DNA from: Yuukianura sp. NJ FZ-2021
Taxonomy: Eukaryota
DNA length: 64,000 bases
Direction of reading: 5' to 3'
NCBI GenBank assembly: GCA_046563655.1
Contig: CM102285.1
Span: 7,812,001 to 7,876,000, forward strand
The notes under the pieces are model-generated. The model saw only the letters and a program-made list of their open reading frames with translations. It did not search any database and was not told the DNA's origin. The translations under genes and the position numbers were made by a program. Of the stretch, positions 12,161 to 24,134 are shown in pieces (the first letter of the stretch is position 1; every line of letters begins with the position of its first letter).

Positions 12161-14262
12161 TTAATCCAACGCATAACTACACTTGAGGTACACAATTTCA
12201 GCAACAAATGCGATGAGGCAGATGAGCGTAAGTACAGCGTGTACAATAAAAACTCCAAGCAGTAGACCACTGCCCCACGAGAGTCGCTCAAGTAAATTTT
12301 CCGGGAAATTTTGAATTGTCAGAAATTTTTCAACTTTTTTCTTGACTTCGAATTTGTACGTTTTCGGACCATACAAGATGTACTGAAACAGTCCGCAATG
12401 TATGAGGGACTGAAACTGCTTGTGAATATGTCCACCACGGTCAAAGGTCATTGGCCCCATGATCCAATACGTATTGTAGGAAAAGTACTTTTCTTTGCCG
12501 TAGTACAATTTTTTAGACGCTTCGGAATCGAGTTGTACTAAATCTAAAAATGTTTGTCTTAACCCGAACGTATCGTCTATGTAAATTTTGTTTTCACACT
12601 TTAGTATTTCTCGCAGAAGTTTGTTTGCTTCCCGAAAAATTCCAGAAAAATTGGTGTAATGCTTTGTATCAACTTTGGAAACATTTCATTTATAACAGTC
12701 GAATTAGCTGGGTATAATGAGCCGCAGCCGGCGTGATGACAGACTCCTTGGATAAAAGGATTTCCATCCATTGCCTTCATAATGCATTTCCAATTGTGCT
12801 CCATTCGCTTAGTATAGTTCAACATCTCAAGTTCCTCCCAGCAGGATTTGTCTCCGTGCAAATAAGTTGAGTGCATAATTGGAATTTTAAATTTTGCCGC
12901 CAAAGCGTCACTGACTGATTCCAGCCTAGTAGTTGGTAGTGGCGCGGTTAAGTCAGCGGTTACCTCGGAACGATACAGATTTGACAAAGTAACCAAAATT
13001 AAAGCGAGTGTAGCCAAGAAAAATTTTAGACGATAGGTTTTTTTCAATTTACCAGGAAACGTAATGCTTTGTTCAAATAGCAATCGAATCACAAAAAAGA
13101 CGCAATTGTCGGTACAACTGTTGTACTGAACTACAACAAACACAAAATATACAGTAACTATGAGTGAGGTCAAAAGGCAAATCCAGGCGTCAAGGTTAAA
13201 CGGTTTTGCAAACCCTAATAGACTAATAAATGTTTCTACGCCGGCGCAAGTCATGAATTCAAAGTCGTGTGTGGTTTGGAGGTAAACCGATATGTATGGT
13301 AGCATCGTTTTTCTTTTTCTGCCATACATTTCAGCAGTCGGTACTGCGTCCTGGTAAATATAAATCAGTTTTTCGAAGAAGTCACTCATATTCGAATATT
13401 TCCGCTCAAATTTTATTACGTTCGGACCCAAATTTGATTTTGATGCAGCTGAAGCTGATTGGTTGAGATACCGGGTTACGCTTTTTAAAATAATTAGGGA
13501 AACGGGGTAATCAGGATCGTATATTTTCGCATTCCTGTCGATGAAAACATCATTAATTAAGAATTCAGATTCAAGCACGGCCCATCTCATGGGACACGCA
13601 TGAAGCAGGATTTTTGTCAGTTCAGTATCGAGTAGTGACCGAAACGGGACTACTGCAACATTTGCATATATACTGCGTGTTCGGAGAGCGTATGTGTTGC
13701 ATGGTATTGGGGAAACTGTTGTCACCTCGGTAATATTGTTTGAAATACGGTACAGAAATAGTGGTACCGAATGCTCACTCCATATTTCGTCACACTTCTC
13801 AAGGTACCGGTCATCTTTTCCCGCCACTTTGTGAGAGTGTAACCACACAAAGTATACGTTTCGGCCGTAACATGGTTGCAATGTTATTGCATCGTCGGTA
13901 TCGCACTCCACTAGCCAGTTGAATCGAGACGGTAGTAAACATAGTTCCACAGTAGTGAGTTCGTGAACCAAGTTTAGAATGAGTACGCATGCATGATTTT
14001 TTACCAATTTTCTAACTTGTAATGACGTAAATGTAGAGTTAATTTGGGTTTCATTTTGTGGTAGCACAATTAGTTGAATAGGTTGACTTGAAAAATAATT
14101 CAATTCAAAACTTGAGGCAGCCTGAGCGACCACCATTACATGGCAGTAGTCGTATCCGAGATTTTCAAATTTAGCTGCATGCTCGAAATTGGTGGACATT
14201 GTGGAGATAATAGTTGCAAAATTTATGAAAAGTTTGAAAAGTTGGTGCACTGACTTCATCAT
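12161..14262 (-). CDS. Divergent intronless IR-like chemoreceptor with one frameshift (about 12630-12650)
   Basis: M1 KPFNLDAWICLLTSL, pore-region VIRLLFEQS, M2 LSNLYRSEVTADLTAP, C-terminal TM LLGVFIVHAVLTLICLIAFVAEI. Two ORFs (12601-14274 and 12161-12508) join via a single frameshift near A-homopolymers. Confidence 0.78.
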
Positions 14263-14711
14263 GTGTGCTAACAAAGAACTGCCTTGGTTTCAATTTCTCA
14301 CTTGAATTTCTGGTTTTAATGGAACATTTAACTGTTCATGGGACTGTCTATTTTTGAATTCTGAGCTTAAAAGTTTCTGGCCTTCAACCTTTTCTTGTTA
14401 ATCAAGATTGTATTAGCGTGTTGAGATATCAAATGATAGCTCCGGAGTTGTGTCGAGATGGTAATCTTCCAGAACATGACAATTCTCGTGCCGATAGTAA
14501 GATATATTGCCAAATGAGTTGCTACAAAACGCACTTCACGAATTTCCCCGAAACGAATTAGTCAGTAAGGTACTTTACTTCGAAAGTAAACTATTCCGAC
14601 GCGAATTACCGGACGTCTGCTAAAATTAAATTAATTCGACAAATAGTTTTTATAAGCGATAACCACATATAAATCATCATTTTAACACAAAATTTAATCG
14701 GCCGGGTTGTA

Positions 14712-15372
14712 CCGTAAATTTCCTTACAGTACAACGTACTTAAATAGTACACCGGGTCCGGTACCCAAAAAATTAGTTATTCCACCGTCCCTAATAGTAC
14801 ACTGGGTCTCCAATACTCCATCGGCTGTTTGGTAGTTATACAAGAGGAGTATAACAACCGGAGAAGTTGGTTGAGCTAATAGTATAGCCAGTGTTGCTGG
14901 ATGGATAAAATATTACTTCCACTCTCCTCTAAGGTGGTGGGTATATCTGGATTTAATTGGTTTCTTTCGGACCAAACTCAATTTTGTCCGTCAAGAACGG
15001 GATTTTATCCGGATAGATCCATTTATTCATTACAGAATACACAAGGTATCTGCTATTATGCAGAACTAGTATACTTATATACGTACTGAACATGTTTAGT
15101 TGTGTTCAGTGCTTTTTCTTGGTAGGTTTTAAGAGTTTTAAAGCAATTCTACTCATTTCTACATTGGTTTAGAGGCTAGTTTGCTAGTTTTCAATCAAAA
15201 TTCGCATAGGTCTGTGTGATGTCAGTAACCAGTTTTGGTCCAACATATTTTTTTTTGTTAAAAAAAAAGTAGTGCACCGTTCCTAATAGTACACCGTGTC
15301 CCTAATAGTACAGTACCCTTGGAAGTCGAAAACAAAGTTAGCACACCTGGTGAATTATCTGGAAATTTACTG
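14712..15372. mobile_element. Tc1/mariner (pogo-like) MITE
   Basis: TA|CCGTAAATTTCC ... GGAAATTTACTG|TA; repeated CTAATAGTACAC subterminal motifs at both ends. Confidence 0.75.
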
Positions 15373-15558
15373 TATTCTTGATAAGAATTGCTGGGACATT
15401 TTCAGATCTGGAAATTTTTCAGTTACAATATATGTAAATTTTTGTAGGTGAAAGATGCGGATACGACGCATCACCCTTTTGTAGTTTTAAATAGAATTTC
15501 AGAATTGAAATGAAAAAAAAGAAACAGAAATTTCGATTACTAAGAAATTTCGAGTTTA

Positions 15559-16180
15559 CTAAAAGTCCAGAAATGTTTTTGCTAAGCCACTGGCATTATC
15601 TATGTAAATTTTGTCGTCACACTTCACAATTTCTCGCAGAAGTTCTGTTATTTTGCTTCTATTTTTGACAGTAATTCGTGAAATACTTTCCATCAATTTT
15701 TGAAATATTTCATTTATAACAGTCAAATTATATGGGACAGACACACGGGCATAACGAAAGACTCCTTTGATAAAAGCATTTTCTTGCAATATATGCTGAA
15801 CGCACAACCAATTGTACGCCACTCGCTCAGTATAGTTCAACTGCACAAATTTCCGCCAATCACATGCCTCTTCATCTGATGTTTGATACGGAATTGCCAC
15901 TATAAATTTTGCCGCATCATTGACTGATTCTAGCATAGTGCTTGGTAGTGGCGCTGTTGCGTCGGCTGTTACCTCAAAACGATAAAGATTTGAAATAATT
16001 ACCAAAACTAAAGCGAGTGCAGTCAAGAAAAATTTGAGACGATGAATTTTTTCAATTTACCAGAAAACTGAACGTTTTGTTCAAATAGCAATGGACTAAC
16101 AACAAAGATGTAGTTGTCCGTACAACATTTGTATCGAACTACTGCAAACACAAAATAAAACAACTATAAGTGAGGTCAAC
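15559..16180 (-). pseudogene. IR-like gene fragment (M1-M2-S2 region)
   Basis: ISNLYRFEVTADATAPLPS...ELLREIVKCDDKIYID, homologous to the two neighbouring IR copies; both ends missing. Confidence 0.78.
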
Positions 16181-16189
16181 TTAGTAGTA

Positions 16190-16402
16190 TAGCCGGAAAC
16201 CCGTGATGTTTACACATCATGACATTAACTTAAAGCACTAGGTCATCGTAGTGTCAAACGAAAGAGCTAGGAGATTTTTGACATGTAGCTAGAGGATTTT
16301 TAACATTTGGTCAAAAATCTCCTAGCTCTTTCGTTTGACACTACGATGACCTAGTGCTTTAAGGTAATGTCTTGATGTGTAAACATCACGGGTTTTCGGC
16401 TA
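16190..16402. mobile_element. Small hairpin MITE
   Basis: About 90-bp near-perfect inverted arms (TAGCCGGAAACCCGTGATGTTTACACATCA / TGATGTGTAAACATCACGGGTTTTCGGCTA), short loop, TA at both ends. Confidence 0.82.
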
Positions 16403-16781
16403 GTTGAACAGAAAATTGCGAAGGCGAAGGGGGGGGGGGTATGGTAGGGTTAGAGGATAGTATGCATATATTATAGTATGATGTTTATGAGATTTACTTA
16501 ACTTTCACCTTTTGAATCTTTGATAAATTTTAGTGTTTTTATACCATGTGTACACCGGATGGTCTTCGATCCAACCTAGGCCAAACTACTTTTTTTCGCG
16601 TTTTGAAACGAAACTAGTGTCAAAATTTTTCTTTAATTATAAGAAAATTTTTTGCGACTGCGACTAGTCCTATAATTGATTTTGAGAAATGGTTGAAGGC
16701 CTCTCCTCGTCAGTACGATTATGTTATACACTAGTACATGCAAAATCGATAACATTGAACGGTATTGATGCTTTTTTAGCC

Positions 16782-17608
16782 TCAATATGCCGAGGGGCAC
16801 GGTCTGTAGACATAGCCAAGGACACCATCGTTTGTCCATCCCATGTTGTTCATAGCCTTAATGTTGTACTCCAAAGCTAAGCGCCAGACGTGCCCTCTAA
16901 AGAACGAGTAGAGTCCAAAAGTCCCTTCCCTTGGTTCTGAAAAGATGTAAGCTGGTACGTAGGCAGCATTAGTAAAAGGGTTCCAGCCGGGAGTCAGAGG
17001 TTTTGTTGAGAAGCGATTGTTGTATCCATTGTAATATCTGGAGAGCACAACCGTCCCGTTAATTGGCAACTGCGCAACTCGAGCCAGCTCTCCCAAATTC
17101 CAGTGCGAATAGCCTTCTCTTGCTGCATTACAAAGAAAAAAGTTGCGTTAAAGAAAAGCAAACCAACCTAAACCTAGCGTTAACATGTAACGCGGTAATA
17201 ACATTTGACGCGTAAATATAGTAAATATAGATTTAACAAGTAAATATAGCATGTTTAATATGAAGTTACACCTTTAGAAAAATATATTTAATATGTAACA
17301 ATTTCGTAGTGTAACTCTATTTAGCACTGACGCAGGGTTATAGTAACGGATTCATACTTACTAAGGTCGGTCCAAACCGTTGAATAAAGAAAATCCGCTC
17401 CGGAAGGCCGAAGGCGGTAGAACTCTCGGAACGAAACGAAGCGCGAATCCGAGCACACGTCGAAACTGAAATCCGGACATATCTTTGCCTGATCGCATTT
17501 GTCTTTGTAGTAAGCGCAGGTAGCTACTGTCTGCTCTGGTAATGCCATAGTAACATTCTCTCCAGCATAACCGTTAACAATGGACAGGACTAATACAAAC
17601 GTTGACAT
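16782..17608 (-). CDS. Small probably secreted DUF5648-like repeat protein
   Basis: Exons 17608-17362 and 17122-16782 join in frame (TDL-TREGY). Three VxLxRYY/LYSFF...GY-type repeats ending DGVLGYVY; hydrophobic N-terminus. Confidence 0.65.
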
Positions 17609-18094
17609 TTTACGAACAATGTAGACGGAAACGTTAAAATATTGACGATATTTGACGCATTTAGAGCCTTTTATATTCAAATTCCTTTTTAAACCATTTC
17701 TGCTACATTTTTTAACCACAAGTAATGCCTGTGAGGGAACTTTGGCTATTTCATGTCCGGACTCGATGTCAATCCAAGTTTCGCCACAACAAATTAGATG
17801 CAACAAATTTTAAACAAGTGGGTCGTGGTATAATTTAAAATGGGTCAAACGACCGCACAAATTATTGGTCGAATTTCAGTTTCGATCAAAACATTTTAAA
17901 TCACCACTTAACCTTATTATTCTAACGTATAAAATTGATGTCGCGTGTAAATCATATTTTTACAACTATTTGCTTATTTGAAATGATTTTAATTTGAACC
18001 ATTGTGAAAACTGTTCAATTGGTGGGGTTTGAAGCTTAAAAAATATTTGAACCATATTTAAGATTTTGTTTCGAAATGTAAATTATCATAACCC

Positions 18095-19648
18095 TTATAT
18101 CAGTGTTGAAGGACATAGTCTAAAAACATAGCCCAAGAGGTCATCCTTGACCAAGCCCATGTTTTTCATTGCCTTGATGTTGTAGTCCAAAGCCAGTCGA
18201 TGGGAATAATCTTCTCTGTGGAAACGGTGGAGTCCGAAAGTTCCTTCTTTAGGTTCTAAAAAGATGTACGTTTGAACATAGTTTGAATATTTGTTAGGTA
18301 TCCATTCAGCAGTTAGATTTTTTATTGAAAACTGATTCCCCTTGCCATTTAGGCCATTGTAGTACCTCACAAGAGCAACTGTCCCATCCACTGCTGATTT
18401 TGCAACTCGCGCCAGTTCTCCCAAATCCCGGTATCCATAATATACTAATGAAAAAAGAGTTTGGATTTTAGTAATTTAGTTTTTGGTGGCCGAGCTTTTG
18501 TGCACATTTACGCGTGACCGTCGATAACGGTCGACAAGTTACCGTGCATTAGTGACGGGTTACGCCAACGGATATAAACGGCGTAAAGGTAGAAACAAAG
18601 CAAAGCTACGCCAACTCCTATGAAAACTTTTTCGAATTGTTAGTCCATGGAGTTTTAGGGAAAAGCAGTTGAAAAAAATAGTATTTCATATTCCAGTGAT
18701 TTCATCTAGTCGTAAACAATAAGAAACTTACCATTTTCCTCCCAAACTGAAGAGTAGTGATAACCAGGGAGAGTTGTATACTCATACTCGCGGAGCGGAA
18801 CAAACCGCGAATCAGAGCAGACGTCATAAGTAAAGTTTAAATTGATCTTCGCCGTTGCGTTGTATTCTTTTAGCAGTAGCACTTCAGTTAAGTCCAACTT
18901 CTAAGAAAGAATCTCTACCGCCCTTGTCGTGTTTTGCTGAGATTCGGCCAAAACGTTTTCAATTTTCTGGTCAAGAATCGCAGACTGATTTTTTGAACTC
19001 TGTCGCATTTCAGCAACATTTTCTCTCAAAGTATCTTGAAGTTGGAGAGAAAAGTTGTGCATTTGTGCTGTTTGGCTAACAATTGCCCTAGAAATAGAAT
19101 ACTGCATTTCTTTGGTCTGTTTCAAAGCTTCTCCGAATTGTGCTAATTGTTCAGTAAGTTGTGCATTTTGTTTAACAATAGCTTCTTCCCGCTTAACATT
19201 AACAGCGTTAAGCCTAAAAAGTTCTTGGGTGTGAGTGATAAGTTGCTCAATTCGGTTTGTGAGTTCTGCGTTGCGCTGTTGCAGAGATGCGCTCTGATTG
19301 GCTGCGCGAACTGCAAGGTCTGCGTCTTCACTTGCGAGTTTTCCATCTTGTTCGAGCAGCTCTTGGTAGCGTTCAGTCAGCAGTTGCAGGGCGCTCTTTA
19401 GTTCGAGTAGTTGCTGCTCAAAGTCACTCATCTGGAAATGTACACAGTGACTCAACACCATTCGCAGTGTCAAAAAAAATGTTTTGCAAGAAGCATTTTT
19501 TCGGCAAAAACTGAAATTTTCTTACCCCTGTCACAACTCTCTCCAAGTATTTTCGGATCTCCACGTTCCGTTTTGCACGTCGTCCAAAATCTGGCTGCCA
19601 GGAAGCAAATTTTAAAAAAATCAACAAAGGAGCAAATAACAGTCTCAA
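18095..19648 (-). pseudogene. Coiled-coil plus DUF5648-like gene with one in-frame stop; start codon not found
   Basis: Exons about 19648-19526, 19431-18732 and 18444-18095. TAG at 18901-18903 separates the coiled coil from DVCSDSRFVPLREY...LLGYVF in the same frame. Paralog of 16782-17608. Confidence 0.65.
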
Positions 19649-20026
19649 CGAAGCAGTTTTACTGTTGCCATTTACGGAAAATTCAATTTTACCTTTGCAA
19701 CAGCACTACGGAGCAACAGAATGCAAAGGCAAAGAATAATTTGCGCAGAATCCATTGTCGCGACGTAATTTAAATTTATAGAAACTATGAAATTTGAAAA
19801 TATATTATGAAACGAAATTAAATTTGTTAATTTGAGTTAGGTATTTAGTCAACTCTGGTGTAAAACTTGGCTTATGTTGGTCATATATAAGCATCATAAA
19901 CTTCTCACAGAGCAAAATGAAGAATTTTAGTCAAATAAAATGCGGATAGACAATTTTAGTTTACTTTTGATAAAAGTTCGGAAATTGACTTGAATTAAAA
20001 AAAAATTAGGCTCCCGTCTCACATTA

Positions 20027-20918
20027 TTATAATAGCGAAGCTATTATTATAAAAGTAGATTGTCTGTCCGTCCGTCCGTCTGTCCCGGAAAACATTAGAA
20101 CGATTTTCTCCGGAACTGTTGGACCAATTTCAACCGGGTTTTCACCAGTGACCATGGCATGACCCGACCTATTCACTATTGAATATGACCCGCGTAGGTC
20201 AACTCCTTCCGGGTCAAAGGTCAAGGTCAACCGGTTTTATCCCCGATAACATGCAAAATGACCTCTACAAAAGTTGTTCATCTCATCAAAGGGAACAACT
20301 TTTGTGCGTAATGTGTGACCCTAGGTCACCTGCTTCCGGGTCAAAATTGATTTTAAATGTCATTTGTAATGCAAGTGTGGGTAAAAAAAACTGCTTGTGA
20401 GACTGGAAAGGCAATTGGCATGGGACTTGGTTCTCTGCTTAGCAAAAAATCTATTACGCAATTGATATAGTATGTATACACTTTACACACTCGTGCACTG
20501 TGTCCACCGGATGTCACCCATCACTTGCCGGGTGTCACCTGTCACCTCTCAGTTGCCGGGTGTCACCTGTCACCTGTTAATTGCCGGATGTCACCTGTCA
20601 CTTGCCGGGTGTCACCTGTCACGTGCCGCGTGTCACCCTCACGTGTCACTTGCCGGGTGTCACCTGCCACCCCTCAGCTGTCACGTCTCACCTGTCAAAA
20701 CCCCCTGGGGGGAGGCGGGAAAGTGGGGGGAAGACACCCCCACGCCTCCTGGGGTGCGGAGCAAAAAAGCAGGAAAACACACCCCCACTCCCCCGGCGGG
20801 GCGGAAAAGTTGGGGGAACACACCCCCGCTCACCTTTGGAGGGGGGTGGCTTCAGTGTGATTTACAAAACTTCCCTATTCTTCGCTATTATCATTATGGG
20901 CGGTTTACAACCGGTTTA
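20027..20918 (+). mobile_element. Complete HINE (segment C)
   Basis: 5' TTATAATAGCGAAGCTATTAT, GTCY microsatellite, TGTCACC array, 3' subTIR CTTCGCTATTAT and stem-loop CGGTTTACAACCG; no TSD, TT at both ends. Confidence 0.9.
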
Positions 20919-21137
20919 TTTTCCATGTTACCGGGGATAAAACCGGTTGACCTTGACCTTTGAACCCAAAAGGAATTGACACCCGGGGGTCATATTCAAT
21001 AGTGACCAAGGCCGGGTCATGACATGGTCACTGGTGAAAACCGGAATCAAATCGGACCAGTAGTTTCCGAGCTACATGTTGCTTCCGGACGGACGGACAG
21101 ACAAACCACTTTTATCATAATAGCTTCGCTATTATAA
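20919..21137 (-). mobile_element. HINE 5' half (segment D)
   Basis: Minus-strand 5' end with hairpin and GTCY. It stops at GTAACATGGAAAA, exactly where segment B begins in the family consensus. Confidence 0.85.
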
Positions 21138-22225
21138 TAAACCGGTTGTAAACCGCCCATAATGATAATAGCGAAGAATAGGGAAGTTTTGTAAATCACA
21201 CTGAAGCCCCCCCCAAGGTGAGCGGGGGTGTGTTCCCCCAACTTTCCCGCCCCGCCGGGGGAGTGGGGGTGTGTTTTCCCGCTTTTTTGCTCCGCACCCC
21301 AGGAGGCGTGGGGTTGTGTTCCCCCCACTTTCCCGCCCCTCCCCGGGGCAGTGGGGGTGTGTTCCCCCCACTTTCTCGCCCCCCCCCAGGGGGTATTGAC
21401 AGGTGAGACGTGACAGCTGAGGCGTGACAGGTGACAGGTGAGACGTGACAGGTGAGACGTGACAGCTGAGGCGTGACAGGTGACAGGTGAGACGTGACAG
21501 GTGAGACGTGACAGCTGAGGCGTGACAGGTGACAGGTGAGACGTGACAGGTGAGACGTGACAGCTGAGGCGTGACAGGTGACAGCTGAGGCGTGACAGGT
21601 GACAGGTGAGACGTGACAGCTGAGGCGTAACAGGTGACAGGTGAGACGTGACAGCTGAGGCGTGACAGGTGACACCCGGCAAGTGACAGGTGACAGGTGA
21701 CACTCGGTATTTGACAGGTGACACCCGGCAATTAACAGGTGACAGGTGACACCCAGTGGACACAGTGCACGAGTGTGTAGAGTGTATATGTCAACTGCGT
21801 AATAGATTTTTTGCTAAGCAGGGAACCAAGTCCCATGCCAATTGCCTTTCCAGTCTCACAAGCAGAGTTTTTACCCACACTTGCCTTACAAATCACCTTT
21901 GAAATCCATTTTGACCCGGAAGCAGGTGACCTAGGGTCACATATTATACACAAAAGTTGTTTGTCTTGATGATATAAACAACTTTTGTAGAGGTCATTTT
22001 CTGGGTTACCAGGGATGAAACCGGTTGACCTTGACCTTTGACCCGGAAGGAGTTGCCCCACGGGGGTCATATTCAATAGTGAATAGGTCCGGGTCATGAC
22101 ATGGTCAATGGTGAAAACCCGGTTGAAATTGGTCCAATGGTTCCGGAGAAAATCGTTCTAATGTTTTCCGGGACAGACAGACGGACAGACAAACCACTTT
22201 TATAATAATAGCTTCGCTATTATAA
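21138..22225 (-). mobile_element. Complete HINE (segment E), head-to-tail with D
   Basis: Both termini are intact. Its 3' end CCGGTTTA abuts the TTATAATAGCGAAG start of D. The 7-bp array is expanded at 21400-21750. Confidence 0.9.
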
Positions 22226-23389
22226 ACGCTTATATATATTCTCTATATTGCTATATTCGCTATAAAGCAACTACGCAACGCTAAAATGAGTTGCCTGACC
22301 CTTTCGGTTAACCTCTCCGTACATAGGTTACTAAAGGAATTTTTTCACATAACATCACGTAAATTCGTGAGAATCCAGCTGTCTCATTTGCAATCAGCTG
22401 ATGAAGATCAGCTGATTACATGATTGCCATTGTGTCGAGGCCTTACATACTTCCCTCCCAGAAAAAGTGGCGGGAGAGAGGAGAAGTGTTGTGTAAACGG
22501 GGCGGTCGGAGACTCAATGGGTGCCGCCTTTTTCGACATATAGTCGTGCAGCTCAGTTCTAAACGATAATTGAGCGCGCCAAAAACGCGTTTTTAAATTT
22601 TCAAAAATTTTTGAAAACAATAGGCGTAATAATTAAAAATAACACATTTAATTTAATTTTTTACCCCCGTTTAGAACTCTTGGAATGAAGATGTCCTAGA
22701 ATTACGCATATTTGACCTTATTGTCACCCATTAATATTTGAAGCAATAGTCAATTTTCACGTAAAGTCGTCAAGTTATAGACGGACCAGTTAAACTACGC
22801 GAAAAAATGCTATACCTTTTTTGTTAGAATCCAAGCCAGCGGAGGCCTACGCGCTTTGGTAACTAGTTGAGATAAGAATGACATCGCTAGTATTGTAAAA
22901 ACACAGTCATTGTTGATATGTTTAAGCCCAAGCACAGCTATTCGGGTTACGTTTTGTGAGGAACATTTTTCTAGTCAAATGAAGAAACTACGTTGTCCGA
23001 TGCGTTAGCAAGCAGCGTCTTCTAATGCGGAAAGAGTGGCTGTAGTTTTCTGAGCGCCGTACCAATCATTCAGGAAGTGCCCTCAAAACCTTCTTCCATG
23101 GCCGCACTGAGGCCTCATTCAAAAGAAATGGAGAACGGGTTGATGTTTTTATTGTATTTGTACTTTGTTTCTTTTTTTACCTTTTACTTGGTTTTTTTGC
23201 TTGGTCACTTTAGAACATACGTCATCCCTCAGCTAAGTAGTTGCAGCAAAAAAAAAACTTTTTTTAAAGTAAGTTCAATAGATTTAAACGAAAATGAATC
23301 AAAATACAATTTAGAAAGTACCTAATTCAAAATCTGTAAGCAAAAAACCTTGTCGATGGCTGCCACCTCTTTTTCTGTAAATACTGGAA

Positions 23390-24134
23390 GACAATAATTA
23401 TTCGGATACCCTTTCCAGGATTCGAATAAAGAATATCTATTCGAACAGTAAAACATTAATATTCGAATTTCGAATAGTTTAAAGTGCAAATGCAAATGAA
23501 AGTATGCAGACATGTTGTAGATCCTTGCGATTTCAAAACTTTGTTACTACAACTGTCCTTTTTACATTTGGCAAGATGACCTTTGACTTCCCGAAGAAAG
23601 TAGTGCCAAATTGATGTAGTGTCAGAACTCTTACTTTGGACATCGGTAAACGGACTTAACTCGACAACCTTATTTGCATTATGTTGCTCATTAATCTGGG
23701 AAAGCATGCCATTGCTTCTAAAATTAATTGCTTCTAAACGAGAATTGCTTCTAAATTTTGTTTCTAATAACGTTAACGGATAGGTTGTTAGAAGTAATTT
23801 TTAGAAAATTTTCTATTTGAAGCAATTCGTATTAAACAATGGTATGGAGCCATTCAATGTCTCTTTATAATTACAATTGTTAATTAAGGGTCATCAAAAC
23901 CGTTTACCTAACGAAAAAGTCATCAAAACCGACCGCAATTTTTAAAACACAGTGAGAGAGATTGTAAACTGTGCGAGTACAATGCATATGTAGTGAATAT
24001 TTCAAACCACTCCTCCAGATCGATTTCCGCTGAATTATTCGAATACCTCCTCCTGGTATTCGAATTTCGAAGCTCCCAAAACAGAGCTTCGTATTCGAGT
24101 ATTCGAATATTCGTGTTCGAATAGTTATGCTCTA
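23390..24134 (-). mobile_element. hAT transposon remnant with BED zinc finger
   Basis: ORF 23456-23707 has SIWHYF...AKCKKDSC...GSTTCLH (BED). Minus-strand end TAGAGCATAACTATTCGAA with ATTCGAAT subterminal repeats. Confidence 0.7.

Noticed and set aside
22830..22867. Possible Helitron 3' end (hairpin plus CTAG)
   Set aside because: The hairpin is imperfect and no matching 5' end could be defined.
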